A stretch of DNA of 60,409 nucleotides, filler included. It is 7 parts of 7 records of this genome, joined end to end, with 100 filler letters (N's around TTAATTAATTAA, not from the genome) between each part and the next. Parts side by side here need not be neighbours in the genome. Positions count along the whole stretch, not along the records: positions 29,284 to 37,519 come from SRR20825019_19; positions 37,620 to 44,891 come from SRR20825019_20; 5 more parts are not named here. One strand, written 5' to 3'. Each line of letters opens with the position of its first letter. The first letter of the stretch is position 1. Below the pieces are notes generated by a model. That model worked only from the letters and a program-made list of their open reading frames with translations, did no database searches and was not told where the DNA came from. The translations under genes and the position numbers were made by a program. This document shows, piece by piece, positions 30,709-42,378 of the stretch.

Positions 30709-32175
30709 ATGAAGGCACCAACATCATCATCAACACTAGCCCTACTCTTTGTAGCTGTGTGCGCTGTTGTTGTTACTGCCTATGGTGATGAGGGAGAGGT
30801 GGAAGAGGTCCCCACTTCCAAGGAGGCTGCCCCCAACTCGTACTCTAAGCTACATGAGTTGGATATGGAGGGCTTCAAGCGGCTCTTCGTCGAGGATGCC
30901 CAGCCCTTCTTGTTGTGTATCGTCAACAAGGAGAAGGCAACGAGTAAGAAGAGACGCCTCAGGGACGCCCAGACGGAGGGTGTACTGGATAGCCTGGTCG
31001 AGGTCAGCAAGGCATTGGGCCCCATCGTTGAGACGGTCGTGGCGGATGCTGAGGGGGGAGCAGGGAAGGAAATCCTTCAGACATACGGTATCGGAAATAC
31101 CCCCGTCATCCTCTTCTTCAACAGCGATCTTACCCCCGTTGCTGGGGGTGATAGTGTGGCTAAGCTACCATTGGGTTACCAGGGGGACGGTACCCCTGGT
31201 GCCATTGTGCGCTGGGTGATGCAGGCCCTTTCCAACATCCCCATCCAACGCGTTAACGACGACAACTCCATGGCCCATTTTTTGAACCACCTCAGTCATC
31301 TTCACTTCCCTAAGATGTTGTTCATCACGAACGAGTCCAGCACCCCACCAGCCTTTAAGAGCGCTGCGCAGAGGTACCGCTTCGGTTGCCTCTCTGCCGT
31401 CTCTCTTGCCGAGGGGAGCCCCGAGATCGTCAAGCGGTACGATATCACAGAGTTCCCAACATTGATCGGTTTCTCCCCCAGTGGCAGTTCCTACTCCGTC
31501 AGCAAGCTCTCTCCTCCCCAGACCACTAACCCCTCCGACGCATCCTTCGATGACGTCACTGCCTTTAATAACGTCCTTGAGTTCTATGAGAGCATTGCTG
31601 TCCCAAAGGAGGGTAGGAGGGAGAAGATGATGGCGATTGCATCCGATGAGAAGTCCCAGAAGGATAAGGCAGCCGAGCAGGCCAAGATGGCTAGCGTACT
31701 TCCCCCCATCGTCATCAACAGTAGGGAGGAGTGGAATGAGAAGTGCATGAAAAGGAAGAAGGGGGCATGCCTGGTGGTGTTCCGTGATATTGGAGAATTC
31801 AGGGAGGCCCAGAACGGTCAGCTAACTGAGCATATGGAGATCTACCAAAATCTAGCCCGTACCGCCGCCACTAAGGCCCCTAGCACCCCACTCCAGATCG
31901 TTGTTGTAGATGGCCTTACCAACTGGAAGCTCGTCCAGGCGCTGGGAATTGTAAATGGTATTCCCGACGCTCTGGCCATCTACCCAGCCAAGAAGTCCTA
32001 CTACAATTTCGTAGGGGCTCTGTCTGAGAAGAATCTGCTCAATTTCTTCATCGATAAGGTTGTAAGGAACAAGCTTCCACGAACCATGCCAAAGCGCCTT
32101 CCCAAGTTCATCCGGACCAAGTCGAAGGAGGAGGAGGAGGCTGAGGAGGATGGCGGTGTAAACGATGAGATGTAA
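30709..32175 (+). CDS. ER-luminal multi-thioredoxin-fold (PDI/P5-like) protein lacking CxxC
   Basis: Signal peptide; Trx-fold remnants YGIGNTPVILFF and YDITEFPTLIGF; acidic tail ending NDEM. Confidence 0.7.
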   Translation: MKAPTSSSTLALLFVAVCAVVVTAYGDEGEVEEVPTSKEAAPNSYSKLHELDMEGFKRLFVEDAQPFLLCIVNKEKATSKKRRLRDAQTEGVLDSLVEVSKALGPIVETVVADAEGGAGKEILQTYGIGNTPVILFFNSDLTPVAGGDSVAKLPLGYQGDGTPGAIVRWVMQALSNIPIQRVNDDNSMAHFLNHLSHLHFPKMLFITNESSTPPAFKSAAQRYRFGCLSAVSLAEGSPEIVKRYDITEFPTLIGFSPSGSSYSVSKLSPPQTTNPSDASFDDVTAFNNVLEFYESIAVPKEGRREKMMAIASDEKSQKDKAAEQAKMASVLPPIVINSREEWNEKCMKRKKGACLVVFRDIGEFREAQNGQLTEHMEIYQNLARTAATKAPSTPLQIVVVDGLTNWKLVQALGIVNGIPDALAIYPAKKSYYNFVGALSEKNLLNFFIDKVVRNKLPRTMPKRLPKFIRTKSKEEEEAEEDGGVNDEM

Positions 32176-32403
32176 AAAAAACTTAAAGATGATGATGCGT
32201 GTAGAGGTTAAAAGCCCCACTCTCATCTTTACTTTTTCTTCGTCTGGCGATGTGCGAATTTATCAATCTTGACAACATTACTATTATTCACTGAAATGTC
32301 TATCTTGTTACAACAATGAGTGCTATTCAAGCTGAATTTATTGTAATCTATTTCCCCACTCTCTGATCATATATATTACCATAAAAAGAAACTGTGTAAG
32401 CCA

Positions 32404-33045
32404 ATGCTTCACTTCACTCTAATTGCCAGGCAAGCCGACGCCCTAGCCCTGGCCGCCGATACCGAAACTAGCGCAACCGACAGCAACGTAGAGAAGAACA
32501 AGGTCACCGCCAAAAATCTCCTCAGGCGTATCGCTAGTACCATGCAGCGCAACCCCGGCGCATACCCCCCTTTGATGACAGTGGAGGCTGCCTCATCTCA
32601 CTTCCATGTGTTGGTGGATGGTGGCGTCATGTTCCTGACCATGTGCGACCCCGGTACCCCCAATGCCCTCGCCTTTGCATACCTAGATGATGTAGCTAGG
32701 GAGTTTATGAACCAGTATGCGACCCAGGTGGCCAATGTCACCCGCCCATACCCCTTTATTAAATTCGATCTGTACCTACAAAAGACTAAGAAGGTGTTTA
32801 GCTCGTCCCATGCCCGTGGTGCATCCCTGCAGCCCCCCGCTAACCGCCCCGCCCCAGTGAAGAAGTCCTACAAGGAGATCATGGGTATCGCTGATACCCC
32901 TAAGGCTGGTGGTGGTGGTGGATCGTCCCCCTCAGGCGGCGGCGGTCTGCTCCAAGACAAGGAGACCCGTATCGCACTGATGGTAGCCGGAGGTGGTGTA
33001 GCCGTCGTTATCGTCATCGGCATCCTGCTGTGGCTCATCCTCTAA
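32404..33045 (+). CDS. Sec22-like longin-domain tail-anchored protein
   Basis: TLIAR..D.L.L, LAFAYLDDV.REF and RPYPFIKFD are Sec22 longin motifs; C-terminal TM. Confidence 0.85.
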   Translation: MLHFTLIARQADALALAADTETSATDSNVEKNKVTAKNLLRRIASTMQRNPGAYPPLMTVEAASSHFHVLVDGGVMFLTMCDPGTPNALAFAYLDDVAREFMNQYATQVANVTRPYPFIKFDLYLQKTKKVFSSSHARGASLQPPANRPAPVKKSYKEIMGIADTPKAGGGGGSSPSGGGGLLQDKETRIALMVAGGGVAVVIVIGILLWLIL

Positions 33046-33273
33046 ATATATTTATATTTGTTGTAATAGGTGGACGGATGAGAAAGAATGGGACATTTAT
33101 ATTATTCGATGAGTGACTACTATGTGCGTACGATACGGTTGACATTTGTTTGTATTTAGATTGTGTTTGTACTTTCTAAACTCGGAAAGTTTGCTAGTTT
33201 TCACCCCCCTCCACTTTTACAAAAAACTAATTTTAGAACATACACTTTTACATTCAAGTAGTTGAATGTCGGA

Positions 33274-36200
33274 ATGAGCAGCACCACACAACAACATTCC
33301 TCTCTCTCGTCTACAACTACTGTACCGTCAACAACGCGTCCGACTAGCCATGTCAATAATGATGATGTTGTCGACCCCACCATACATGATGACTCTCCTC
33401 CGTCATCACAATCGTCACCATTTTCATTGTGGGATGTAGTATTCCCAGACAATAACAACAGCACAGCACAGTCATTTACACACATAGAAGACTCGGAGTG
33501 GGACATACACTCTTACAGGTCAAAATACTCGGACCCCCTACACCAGCCAAGTGGTGGAGCCACCACTACTACTTCCTCTAGTGGTTACAAAAACATAGAG
33601 ATAGGAAATAAAGATCGTACAGTGCAATATGTAAACATTGACAACAATCATAATATAGAAGGAGGGAACGGTGGTGGTAGTAGTTTGTTGGCAGTGCCCA
33701 TTGTGTATGCACCCTCGCTTACTGACAACCCTAAGAAGGCCAATAAAGCAAAGAAGAAGGCAGCAGCTCAATCAGAAGCAGGCAATACTGATACTACCTC
33801 CAACCCCACTACTACAGCAGTCGAGACAACACCACCACCACCCGTAGTAGAGGAGCGTACTCCCACTTCACTATGGGTAGATCTAGACGCCCTCATTGGG
33901 CCATACAACCCCTCATCCTCGATACGGCAATACGATGATGAGGGGGATGGTAAGAAGCCCCCAACACCACCACCCACCCTCTCATCTACTACTACTACCA
34001 CTACTATATCCCACTATGAACGTGCGTATACTAGTTGGCTACAAGAGTCAGTACGGCATGTAGTAGGGGGGCTGCTATGGAGGTTGTGTCTAGTGTACAA
34101 GGGGGGAATGTACATGGTTACTGATCCACGCCTGGAGTCCTCATCAGAGACAGCATCCGAGTACAAGGCACGTAAGCCCGACGGATACGTACCAAGGGTT
34201 TTACTGTATATATCTTTGAGCTGTGGTCTGATGGGCGGGGGGAAGTTAGGTAAGGGTGGGGGTGTTTCTCCTACAACTTCTCATCTTCATCCAACGTTAC
34301 CAACACACCCCTCCCAAGTGGGCAGCAGGTTGCAAATACTGCAACGTCGGGAGGATGCGGTTAATCTGGGGGTCCGGCTGGGGGTGAGGGAGGCAATGGG
34401 TCGGGTAACGGACGCCTACAGGGAACTACATAGACTAGGATGCCCATGGTGGAACATACCTGCCGCCAACGTCACTGGTCTCGAGCCCCTTACCCCCGAG
34501 GCGAGGGAGAGCGCTCTGGAGAGAGCTGTTCACGACGTTGTACAGACCTTTGAACCACAGGTGTCTATCATTATTGTTCCTCCGACATCATCGTCGTCGG
34601 ATGCGGACAATAGTGTGGCGTCATCCACCCTTACATCAATCGTTGGGACCCTTCACCACACACTACGTCATCACACCACCACCACCACTCCTGTTACTGA
34701 TGATATCGACACCACCCCGCCACCTAGTTGTGTGTACTCTCCCCACACTGTCAGAGAGAGGATGGTCGTATTAGGTGGCGATGGGGGGTTGGAGTGGGTA
34801 GGGGTATTCATACATGCCCTGGGGGCGGTGAGGGACATAAATAGCCCACTGCTGGATGGAGCCGTGGGGCAACGAGTTCAGTTGATATCGGGATGTCGGT
34901 CGTGGATCGACTCCGCACCACCAACTTTCAATGACATTATGAAACACAATATATTAACAGTTGAGTTAAATATGGGGAAACGGACAACAGACGACGCTTC
35001 GATCCAAAGTCCCACACCATCACAACCAACCCCACACCCCCATTCCCCACCTTCTACAACTACCCACCATACATTATGTATATGGAATGATATCGGCGGC
35101 ATGCTACGACGTTTCAATAGTTGGGTGGATGACGTCGAGGAGGGGGTTGACACTACCAATATCAATAGTAGCAGTATGCTACCCGTTATGGAGGCCTACA
35201 CATACAATGGATATGTACACCACCATATCGGCACACATAGTGGCGTACTAAGATCTCTAGGTAAACTGCTTATCCTGGGTTCACCAACTTCCATAAATCC
35301 AACAACTTTTGATGGGGATAATAACCATCGTGCATCATCCAATATATCTGATATTGAAGGTGAACTGGGGCGGAGGGCAACACAGTTTGTACAAATGTTG
35401 ACATGGTCTCGACTGTTGGACGGTGGTGGCGGTGGAAAGAGTGATACCAAAATGCCCAGTCGTTCAGATGTGGATATGGTAGTGAAGGGTCTGACTCACA
35501 GGGTGGCGGCATCCACAACTACGCCCATGTCCATATTATTCATATTGACCAACATAATTCGCCGAAGCCAGGAGGAGAAGGCTGAGGGGGTCAAGACAGA
35601 CTGGGTGATGCAACAGCTCCAATCCCTTTCACACAGTACCAAAAAAAAGAAGAAATTACTGCAGGAAAGTGGAAATGATGACACTGAAGCCCAGCTGGCA
35701 CTCTCCCATCTTAAAGGAAAGTATAAGTTATCGAAAGAAAACTATGAGGGTAGAATAGAGGCACAGAGGAGCTGTCAGCAGGAGGCCGTCAGGCAGGTGG
35801 CTAGCAGTACGTATCTCATTATGCCATATATTAACTATGTTACACCCGTCACTACCTACTCCGACGTCAGCGACACTGCAGGGGTCTCTAATATTGGTGA
35901 GAAGAAGCATACTCATAATCAGGTTGCAACAAACCTCCTTACCACTCTTGTACAGAAGGCCTGCATGCGTCGGGGGTGGAAGCCTCCCCAAGCCCCTCCA
36001 CCGGCCAGAGGTACCAAGGAGGGTGTATTAGCGTCGCTCCCCTTTAAGATAGGGGCGTTTCAGCAGTTGGTGGAGTGCCTGTCCGATATGAGTACGTATA
36101 CCTCCACCACCATATCAGCAGCATCGTCGTCTGGCATACAAGATGGGGATGTGTGGCAGACTGCTTATCGATGCTTTGGGCTGCTATGGGGGGGAAGTAC

Positions 36201-37519
36201 AACACCCACTACGAACAACAACTCCTTGTCATACATACCACTACCGATGAAAGAATCGCATAGAGGACACATGGCACCAACACCACCACCACCCCAACCG
36301 GTATGTCAGTTGTCTGTGGGGCCAGGGAACACAAGTATGACCCATACCGAGGGACATAATATAAGTACCTACAATTATAGTTATGCCACCACTGCGATGG
36401 CGCCCGTCCGCATGCCACAGTATGGTGGTGTGATACTATCCAAGACTAGGGTAACGGGACAAGATGGAACACAGAAGAATACTAATACTGGCAGTGGTAG
36501 TAGTATGGTTGTAGTCCGTGGGCAGGAGGCAGGGGATGATGAGGTTGGTAAGCGGCACATCGTCCGCACGAGGCGAATCCAAAATGCCGCCACCTTTGCA
36601 GCACAGTACAGTAAAGATGTCATTGATGCCCTGCTAGGTATGAGTGGCACTGCCCTCGATGCCGTCCTTCTCAGGGGGACCTGTGGTGGTAAGAAAGTAA
36701 TTAATGGTAGTAGTATTAGCTCAGTTCCATCGCATACCGCTGACATCATCATACAACAACAGTCACCTGCTGATGAGGACGACAATGATAATGGGGAGGA
36801 GGATGATGATGATGATGCCGACACACGAGCTGCAGATGCGTACAGGATGGCATTGAACTGGGAGGGCACACGCCCCCTCGGCCCCTTACAAGCCCTTCTA
36901 AATCAATACAAAATCCCTAGTTCTATATCTCCCAATTTTATACAACTTCATGTAAATAGTGATCGGATGTCGAAGCTGTTTGATTTGTGTAGCGGGATCT
37001 CTCATCTGGGGAGTACGGTGGGGGCTAGGAGGTATGTACACCTAGGGGAGGGGGCCGTCCGGTCTCGGAGTATAATGCTAGCCTTGTCGATATTGCTGCA
37101 CAGTGGTAGGATCTACGAGTGGGAGGCTGTGCTGGTGGTGACGGTCTTGGTAGACGTATTGTGGGTACCTCTCCCACAGCCACACGCCCAGTCATCCTCA
37201 TCATATCCATCGACTTTTCTAACATTGCTCAAGCTGCGCATCTTGACGAAACTGCTTCAACGAGTCAATGATGAAGGGGGAGCTGCCATCGATACTACTA
37301 CTACTACCCCATCTCTATCTTCCATACTTAACAACGTATTGGGGGAGGTCTCATCGACCGTGGCCACCATTATTGCCATGAATACAGTATCCAGTGGGGA
37401 CCTCCTCCAACTACCTCCTATGCCCCTCACCACCATCAGCCCCTTTCCACATACAACCGCGCTGATGGAAGCTATCGAGAGTAGAGCATGTGAAGCAGTA
37501 GTGGCTACTACTGCGACAG
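33274..37519 (+). CDS. Large low-complexity hypothetical protein, 3'-truncated
   Basis: More than 1400 open codons, S/T/P-rich, running into the linker; no domain recognised. Confidence 0.75.
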
Positions 37520-37619
37520 NNNNNNNNNNNNNNNNNNNNNNNNNNNNNNNNNNNNNNNNNNNNTTAATTAATTAANNNNNNNNNNNNNNNNNNNNNNNNN
37601 NNNNNNNNNNNNNNNNNNN
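37520..37619. other. Artificial contig linker
   Basis: N-TTAATTAATTAA-N. Confidence 0.99.
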
Positions 37620-38195
37620 GATATGCAGGATACGTTTTTTATTCAGACAAATCCAGATGTTTTACTACGCACCCACACCTCATCGGTACAGGTTCGGTAT
37701 ATGGAAGAAAATAAACCCCCTATTCGTACTATTTCTCCAGGTCGCGTATATAGAAATGAAGCCATTTCAGCACGTTCGCATTGCTTTTTCCACCAAGTGG
37801 AAGGACTTTATGTGGATAAAGGCGTAAGTTTTGCAGATTTGAAACAAACGCTACAGTATTTCACTACCGAAATGTTTGGGAAATCAAAAATTAGACTGCG
37901 CCCCTCCTATTTTCCATTTACAGAACCAAGTGCCGAGGTCGATGTTTACTGGGGTTTAGAAACGGAAGCAGATTATAGAATTACAAAAGGAACAGGCTGG
38001 TTAGAAATTGGTGGCTGTGGAATGGTAGATCCAAATGTGCTAAAAAATTGTGGTATCGACCCTGAAGAATACTCAGGTTTTGCCTTTGGCGTGGGAATAG
38101 ACCGAATTGCAATGCTACTACACCAAATTCCAGATATTAGAATGTTTAGCGAAAATGATGTCCGCTTTTTGGAACAGTTTAAAAGTGTGCTTTAA
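37620..38195 (+). CDS. pheS: Phenylalanine--tRNA ligase alpha subunit, 5'-partial
   Basis: [38 protein letters not shown]. Confidence 0.98.
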   Translation, partial: DMQDTFFIQTNPDVLLRTHTSSVQVRYMEENKPPIRTISPGRVYRNEAISARSHCFFHQVEGLYVDKGVSFADLKQTLQYFTTEMFGKSKIRLRPSYFPFTEPSAEVDVYWGLETEADYRITKGTGWLEIGGCGMVDPNVLKNCGIDPEEYSGFAFGVGIDRIAMLLHQIPDIRMFSENDVRFLEQFKSVL

Positions 38196-38246
38196 AATAA
38201 CTACAAAACATTAAACTGCTACTTTATAACGTAAGACAAATAAACG

Positions 38247-38642
38247 ATGCGTAAGGATATTGAAATCCCAAAGGTTGAAAATAGTTACATTGCCGCTGTA
38301 AAAGAATGGGATAAAGATTTTACAGAAAAGCAATGGAATGTATATTTTATAAATAACCGTGAAGATACTATCAATACTGTATTGGTTCTGTCTCGTGGTA
38401 AAAGTGAAGACAAAAAAACGTCAACATTACGTCACAATTTGGGGAATATAGCGCCAAAAACTGCTGCTAAAATTGAATTTATTACTTCTGAAGTTTTAGA
38501 ATTTACAAATGAATATTTAGTGACTTTCTTTGCTGAAAATAAATTATATGAACGAAAATTTATTTTTGAGCCAAATAGTATTTCTGAAAAAAATGGCACT
38601 GAAATTCCGGTAATGGAAAGTGAAGGAATTTTGGCAAAATAA
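38247..38642 (+). CDS. Hypothetical protein (Bacteroidota-type)
   Basis: 131-aa ORF in an operon-like position after pheS. Confidence 0.85.
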   Translation: MRKDIEIPKVENSYIAAVKEWDKDFTEKQWNVYFINNREDTINTVLVLSRGKSEDKKTSTLRHNLGNIAPKTAAKIEFITSEVLEFTNEYLVTFFAENKLYERKFIFEPNSISEKNGTEIPVMESEGILAK

Positions 38643-38654
38643 AATTTTTAAACT

Positions 38655-39590
38655 ATGCTAAAAGTTGAAATCGATTCCTTTTCATACGCTGATAAAATCA
38701 TTTTAAAAAACATCCATTTTACCCTAAATCCTGGTGCGCATTTAAGTATTTTAGGTGAAAGTGGTTGTGGAAAATCTACCCTTTTGCATATTGTTTACGG
38801 CTTGCTCCATCTAGAAAATGGATGTATTTATTTCAACGAAAAACAATTACTCGGCCCAACAAAAACACTCATTCCTGGCGAAAAATTCATGAAGCTTGTC
38901 GCACAGGAATTCAACATTATGCCTTTTACAACTGTTGCCGAAAATTTGGGTTCTCACCTATCGGGATTAGATGAAGAAAAGGACGAGAAAAGAATAAATG
39001 AGCTACTCGAAGTTGTTGAAATGGAAACTTTCAAACATACATTAATTAAAAGTTTAAGTGGTGGACAAAAACAACGTGTTGCACTTGCAAAAGCATTGGC
39101 AAACGAACCCGAAATCCTTTTGTTGGATGAACCTTTCAGTAATATAGACACCTTTAGAAAAAATAAATTACAGCGAAAAATTTTCAGTTATCTAAAAGAA
39201 AATAAAATTGGTTGTATTACTGCAACCCATGATAGTGAAGAAGCTTTGGCTTTTTCAGATCATATTTTAATGTTGAAGAATGGTACTGAAGAAATGTTTG
39301 GCACACCGCAGTATATTTATGAAAATGTTTCAACGGAATACCAAGCTAGTTTTTTTGGCAATGCTAATTTAGTATCACAAAAAAAATTGTCTTCTGAAAA
39401 TAGCATAGTTTTTCCACATGAATTAACGATTTCAGAAGAAAAAACGAAACTAAATGTAGTTATTAAAAAATGCTATTACAAAGGCAATCACTTTCTTATT
39501 GAAGCAATTTATAACAATAAATCCATTTTTTTTAATCACCAATCTTCTTTGAAATTAGGTGAGAAATTCTGGTTAAAAAAGCATCTCTAA
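38655..39590 (+). CDS. ABC transporter ATP-binding protein (FbpC/PotA-like)
   Basis: Walker A GESGCGKST, LSGGQKQR, LLLDEPF, THD. Confidence 0.95.
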   Translation: MLKVEIDSFSYADKIILKNIHFTLNPGAHLSILGESGCGKSTLLHIVYGLLHLENGCIYFNEKQLLGPTKTLIPGEKFMKLVAQEFNIMPFTTVAENLGSHLSGLDEEKDEKRINELLEVVEMETFKHTLIKSLSGGQKQRVALAKALANEPEILLLDEPFSNIDTFRKNKLQRKIFSYLKENKIGCITATHDSEEALAFSDHILMLKNGTEEMFGTPQYIYENVSTEYQASFFGNANLVSQKKLSSENSIVFPHELTISEEKTKLNVVIKKCYYKGNHFLIEAIYNNKSIFFNHQSSLKLGEKFWLKKHL

Positions 39591-39646
39591 AATCAAGTTA
39601 ATTTTTCTTTTCTGATAAGATTAACGAACTTAAGGAATGCACGCAA

Positions 39647-39654
39647 TATCTTTG
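39647..39654 (+). promoter_or_regulatory. Bacteroidota -7 promoter element (TAnnTTTG)
   Basis: TATCTTTG 21 nt upstream of the FUSC gene. Confidence 0.6.
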
Positions 39655-39675
39655 CAGCTATAGAAATGCATTCTA

Positions 39676-41910
39676 GTGAAAACTTCAAAAATTAGTATCG
39701 CAACGGCATTTAAAGACCTAACGGAGTACTTTAAAAGCACCGATTTTTCAAAAGCAATTCTTTTGGGAATTGCACTTACAATCCCTATAATTATTGGTGT
39801 AAAATTAAATGTACTTTCAGTTGGAATAACCGTTAGCGTTGGTGCCTTGCTCGCTTCCCCAAGTGATGTAAGTGGTAGTATTCGTCATAAAATTACAGGT
39901 GTTTTACTCGCCACACTTTTGGCAATGCTTGTAAGTTTAATTGGCGGCTATCTTCATGTTTCGCTGTGGTTACTATTTCCCATTTTGGGAATTTTAATGT
40001 TCTGTATATCATATACTGCCATATATGGTTTTCGCGCATCGCTTATAAGTTTTTCCGGACTTTTAGCATTGGTTTTAAGTTTTTCGGAGATTTCTAACGG
40101 AATGCAACCGTATGAAAGAATGTTGCTTATTGGAATTGGAGGACTTTGGTACGCCTTGCTTTCACTACTTCGGCATTCAATTTTTCCAAAAGCTCCAACA
40201 GAATATTACCTTTCAAGAACACTGAAATTAACTGCAGATTATTTAAAAATTCGTGGCGAACTTGTAGCTGAAAGTAAAGATAGAACGGAACTTCTAAAAA
40301 CTTTATTGAATATACAAACTGAACTTACGGCAACACACGAAACCCTTCGCGATATTTTAATAACCTCTAGAACAGTTTCTGGAAAATCTAATTATGAAGG
40401 AAAACGGTTGCTCATTTTTGTGCAATTGGTTGACATGCTAGAGTTGGCAATGGCAAACCCAGTAAACTATTCTAAAACGGATGAACTGTTCAAAAAAAAT
40501 CCTAAACAATTAAAAGATTTTCAGAGCTTACTTTTTGCAATGGCGAGTAGATTAAACGCAATTGCAATAACTTTTTCAACACCAAAAAAACTTCGGAAAA
40601 GTGCAAAGATTAAAGAATTTCAAGAGAAAATAAATCAAGAAATAGCGCATTATAAATCAAAAACAACAGAAGGATTTGACGAAAATTTGCTAATGCTTAA
40701 AAACCTTTTTAAATATCAAAAAGAGCAAATAAAGAAAATTGAAAAAATAGAATGGTTGCTGAAAAATCCTGCACAGCGTGAAATATCCATGATCAAAAAA
40801 GAAGATTCAAAGAGGTTTTTAACAAAACAGAAGTACGACTTAAATATCCTGTTTGAAAATTTTAATCTCCGCTCCCCTATTTTTAAACATTCGTTGCGCC
40901 TCGGTGTTATGACAATGATTGGCTATGGCGTAGGAATGCTTTTTTCGGTTCAAAACCCATATTGGATTTTGCTCACCCTCATTGTAATTATGCGCCCAAC
41001 GTTTGGGCTTACAAAGACGCGATCTATAGAAAGAACTATCGGCACTTTAATTGGTGGTGCGCTGGCGGTAGGAATCGTTTTAATTACGCAAAATGAAACT
41101 GTGTATGGTATTTTGGCTATTGTTACTTTGGTCATTGCGTTCTCAATGGTGCAACGAAATTATAAAGCTGCCGCCACATTTATTACCTTGAGTGTCGTTT
41201 TTATTTATGCCCTTTTAAGACCCGATATTTTTAATGTAATCCAGTTTCGCGTTATGGATACTTTAATTGGCGCTGGGCTTGCTACTCTTGGAAATTTACT
41301 GCTTTGGCCCGCATGGGAAAATCAGGGAATTCAGAATACATTGATGGAAACTATAAAATCGAACAGAATTTATTTAAAAGAAATTGTCGGTTTTTATAAC
41401 ACTAAAGGAAGTCTTTCTTCTGAGTATAAAGTAGCACGAAAGCAAGCTTTTTTAGCAATGTCCGATCTTAGTTCGGCTTTTCAAAGAATGACGCAGGAAC
41501 CAAAATCAAAGCAAAAAAACTTAGATAAAATCTATGAAATTGCGGTTTTAAACCATACTTTTTTATCTTCTTTAGCATCACTCAGTACGTTTATATTGAA
41601 TAATCCAACAACACCAGCATCTAAGAATTTCAATAAAGTTTCAAAAAGAATTACTCAAAACCTATTGGCTTCAGAAGCTATTTTAATAGAAAGTACTACC
41701 GAAATAAACGAAGAAAATATCGACTCAGAATTGATTCTTAATGAGGCTTTTGAAAAAAACATCCACTTTTCAAAAGCTGATAAAACAAAAGAAGAGTTAG
41801 CTGAATTTCATTCAAAAATTGAAGAAGCACATTTAGTTCATGAACAATTAAAATGGCTACTTGCAATGAGTGAAAAAATGCCAAAATTGGTTAAAGAAGC
41901 ACACTTTTAA
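39676..41910 (+). CDS. FUSC/YccS-family inner membrane protein
   Basis: Two TM clusters; FKHSLR, YWILLT..VIMRP.FG.TK.R..ERT.GTLIG, R..DTLIG. Confidence 0.9.
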   Translation: MKTSKISIATAFKDLTEYFKSTDFSKAILLGIALTIPIIIGVKLNVLSVGITVSVGALLASPSDVSGSIRHKITGVLLATLLAMLVSLIGGYLHVSLWLLFPILGILMFCISYTAIYGFRASLISFSGLLALVLSFSEISNGMQPYERMLLIGIGGLWYALLSLLRHSIFPKAPTEYYLSRTLKLTADYLKIRGELVAESKDRTELLKTLLNIQTELTATHETLRDILITSRTVSGKSNYEGKRLLIFVQLVDMLELAMANPVNYSKTDELFKKNPKQLKDFQSLLFAMASRLNAIAITFSTPKKLRKSAKIKEFQEKINQEIAHYKSKTTEGFDENLLMLKNLFKYQKEQIKKIEKIEWLLKNPAQREISMIKKEDSKRFLTKQKYDLNILFENFNLRSPIFKHSLRLGVMTMIGYGVGMLFSVQNPYWILLTLIVIMRPTFGLTKTRSIERTIGTLIGGALAVGIVLITQNETVYGILAIVTLVIAFSMVQRNYKAAATFITLSVVFIYALLRPDIFNVIQFRVMDTLIGAGLATLGNLLLWPAWENQGIQNTLMETIKSNRIYLKEIVGFYNTKGSLSSEYKVARKQAFLAMSDLSSAFQRMTQEPKSKQKNLDKIYEIAVLNHTFLSSLASLSTFILNNPTTPASKNFNKVSKRITQNLLASEAILIESTTEINEENIDSELILNEAFEKNIHFSKADKTKEELAEFHSKIEEAHLVHEQLKWLLAMSEKMPKLVKEAHF

Positions 41911-41919
41911 AAAGCGGTA

Positions 41920-42378
41920 TTACTTTACACTCGTAATTTTATAACTCGAACCATTTAGGTTAAATACCTCCCCTTTTTTCTTCCCTGAAATTAATATTCC
42001 AACCGGTGAATTTAGCGCAACACAGAGGTAATCCTTCTTTTCAACAGTTACAGCACCAATAGAAAGGCTAACAAAATAATTAAATTTATCAGTATAAACC
42101 AAACTGCCCAAACGCGCATAATCTGAAGTAGTTTCCACTTCAATTTTTTTAAGCAAGGGAATTATTTTTTCAATTTCTTGCAATTGTTTTCCAGCGTTTT
42201 CACGTTCTATTTGAAGCATGGCACGTCCTGTTTCGTGTTTATCGCCACTGCTACTTTTAGATTCTTCCAAAAGAGACTCTTCAATATCGGCAATTGTTTG
42301 TTTAATTCTAGAAAAACGATTATCAACTTGCTTTTGGCAGTGTTGTAGCAATTCAGATTTTATTTCTACTACGGTCAT
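41920..42378 (-). CDS. GreA/GreB-like protein (Bacteroidota)
   Basis: N-terminal coiled coil with KSSSGDKHETGRAM; C-terminal LGSLV and SPVG..L/I.GKK.G. Confidence 0.8.
   Translation of the reverse strand: MTVVEIKSELLQHCQKQVDNRFSRIKQTIADIEESLLEESKSSSGDKHETGRAMLQIERENAGKQLQEIEKIIPLLKKIEVETTSDYARLGSLVYTDKFNYFVSLSIGAVTVEKKDYLCVALNSPVGILISGKKKGEVFNLNGSSYKITSVK

Noticed and set aside
38655-39590. Orphan ABC ATPase as a novel system
   Set aside because: Housekeeping context after pheS; stand-alone ABC ATPases are commonplace and nothing else here is unusual.
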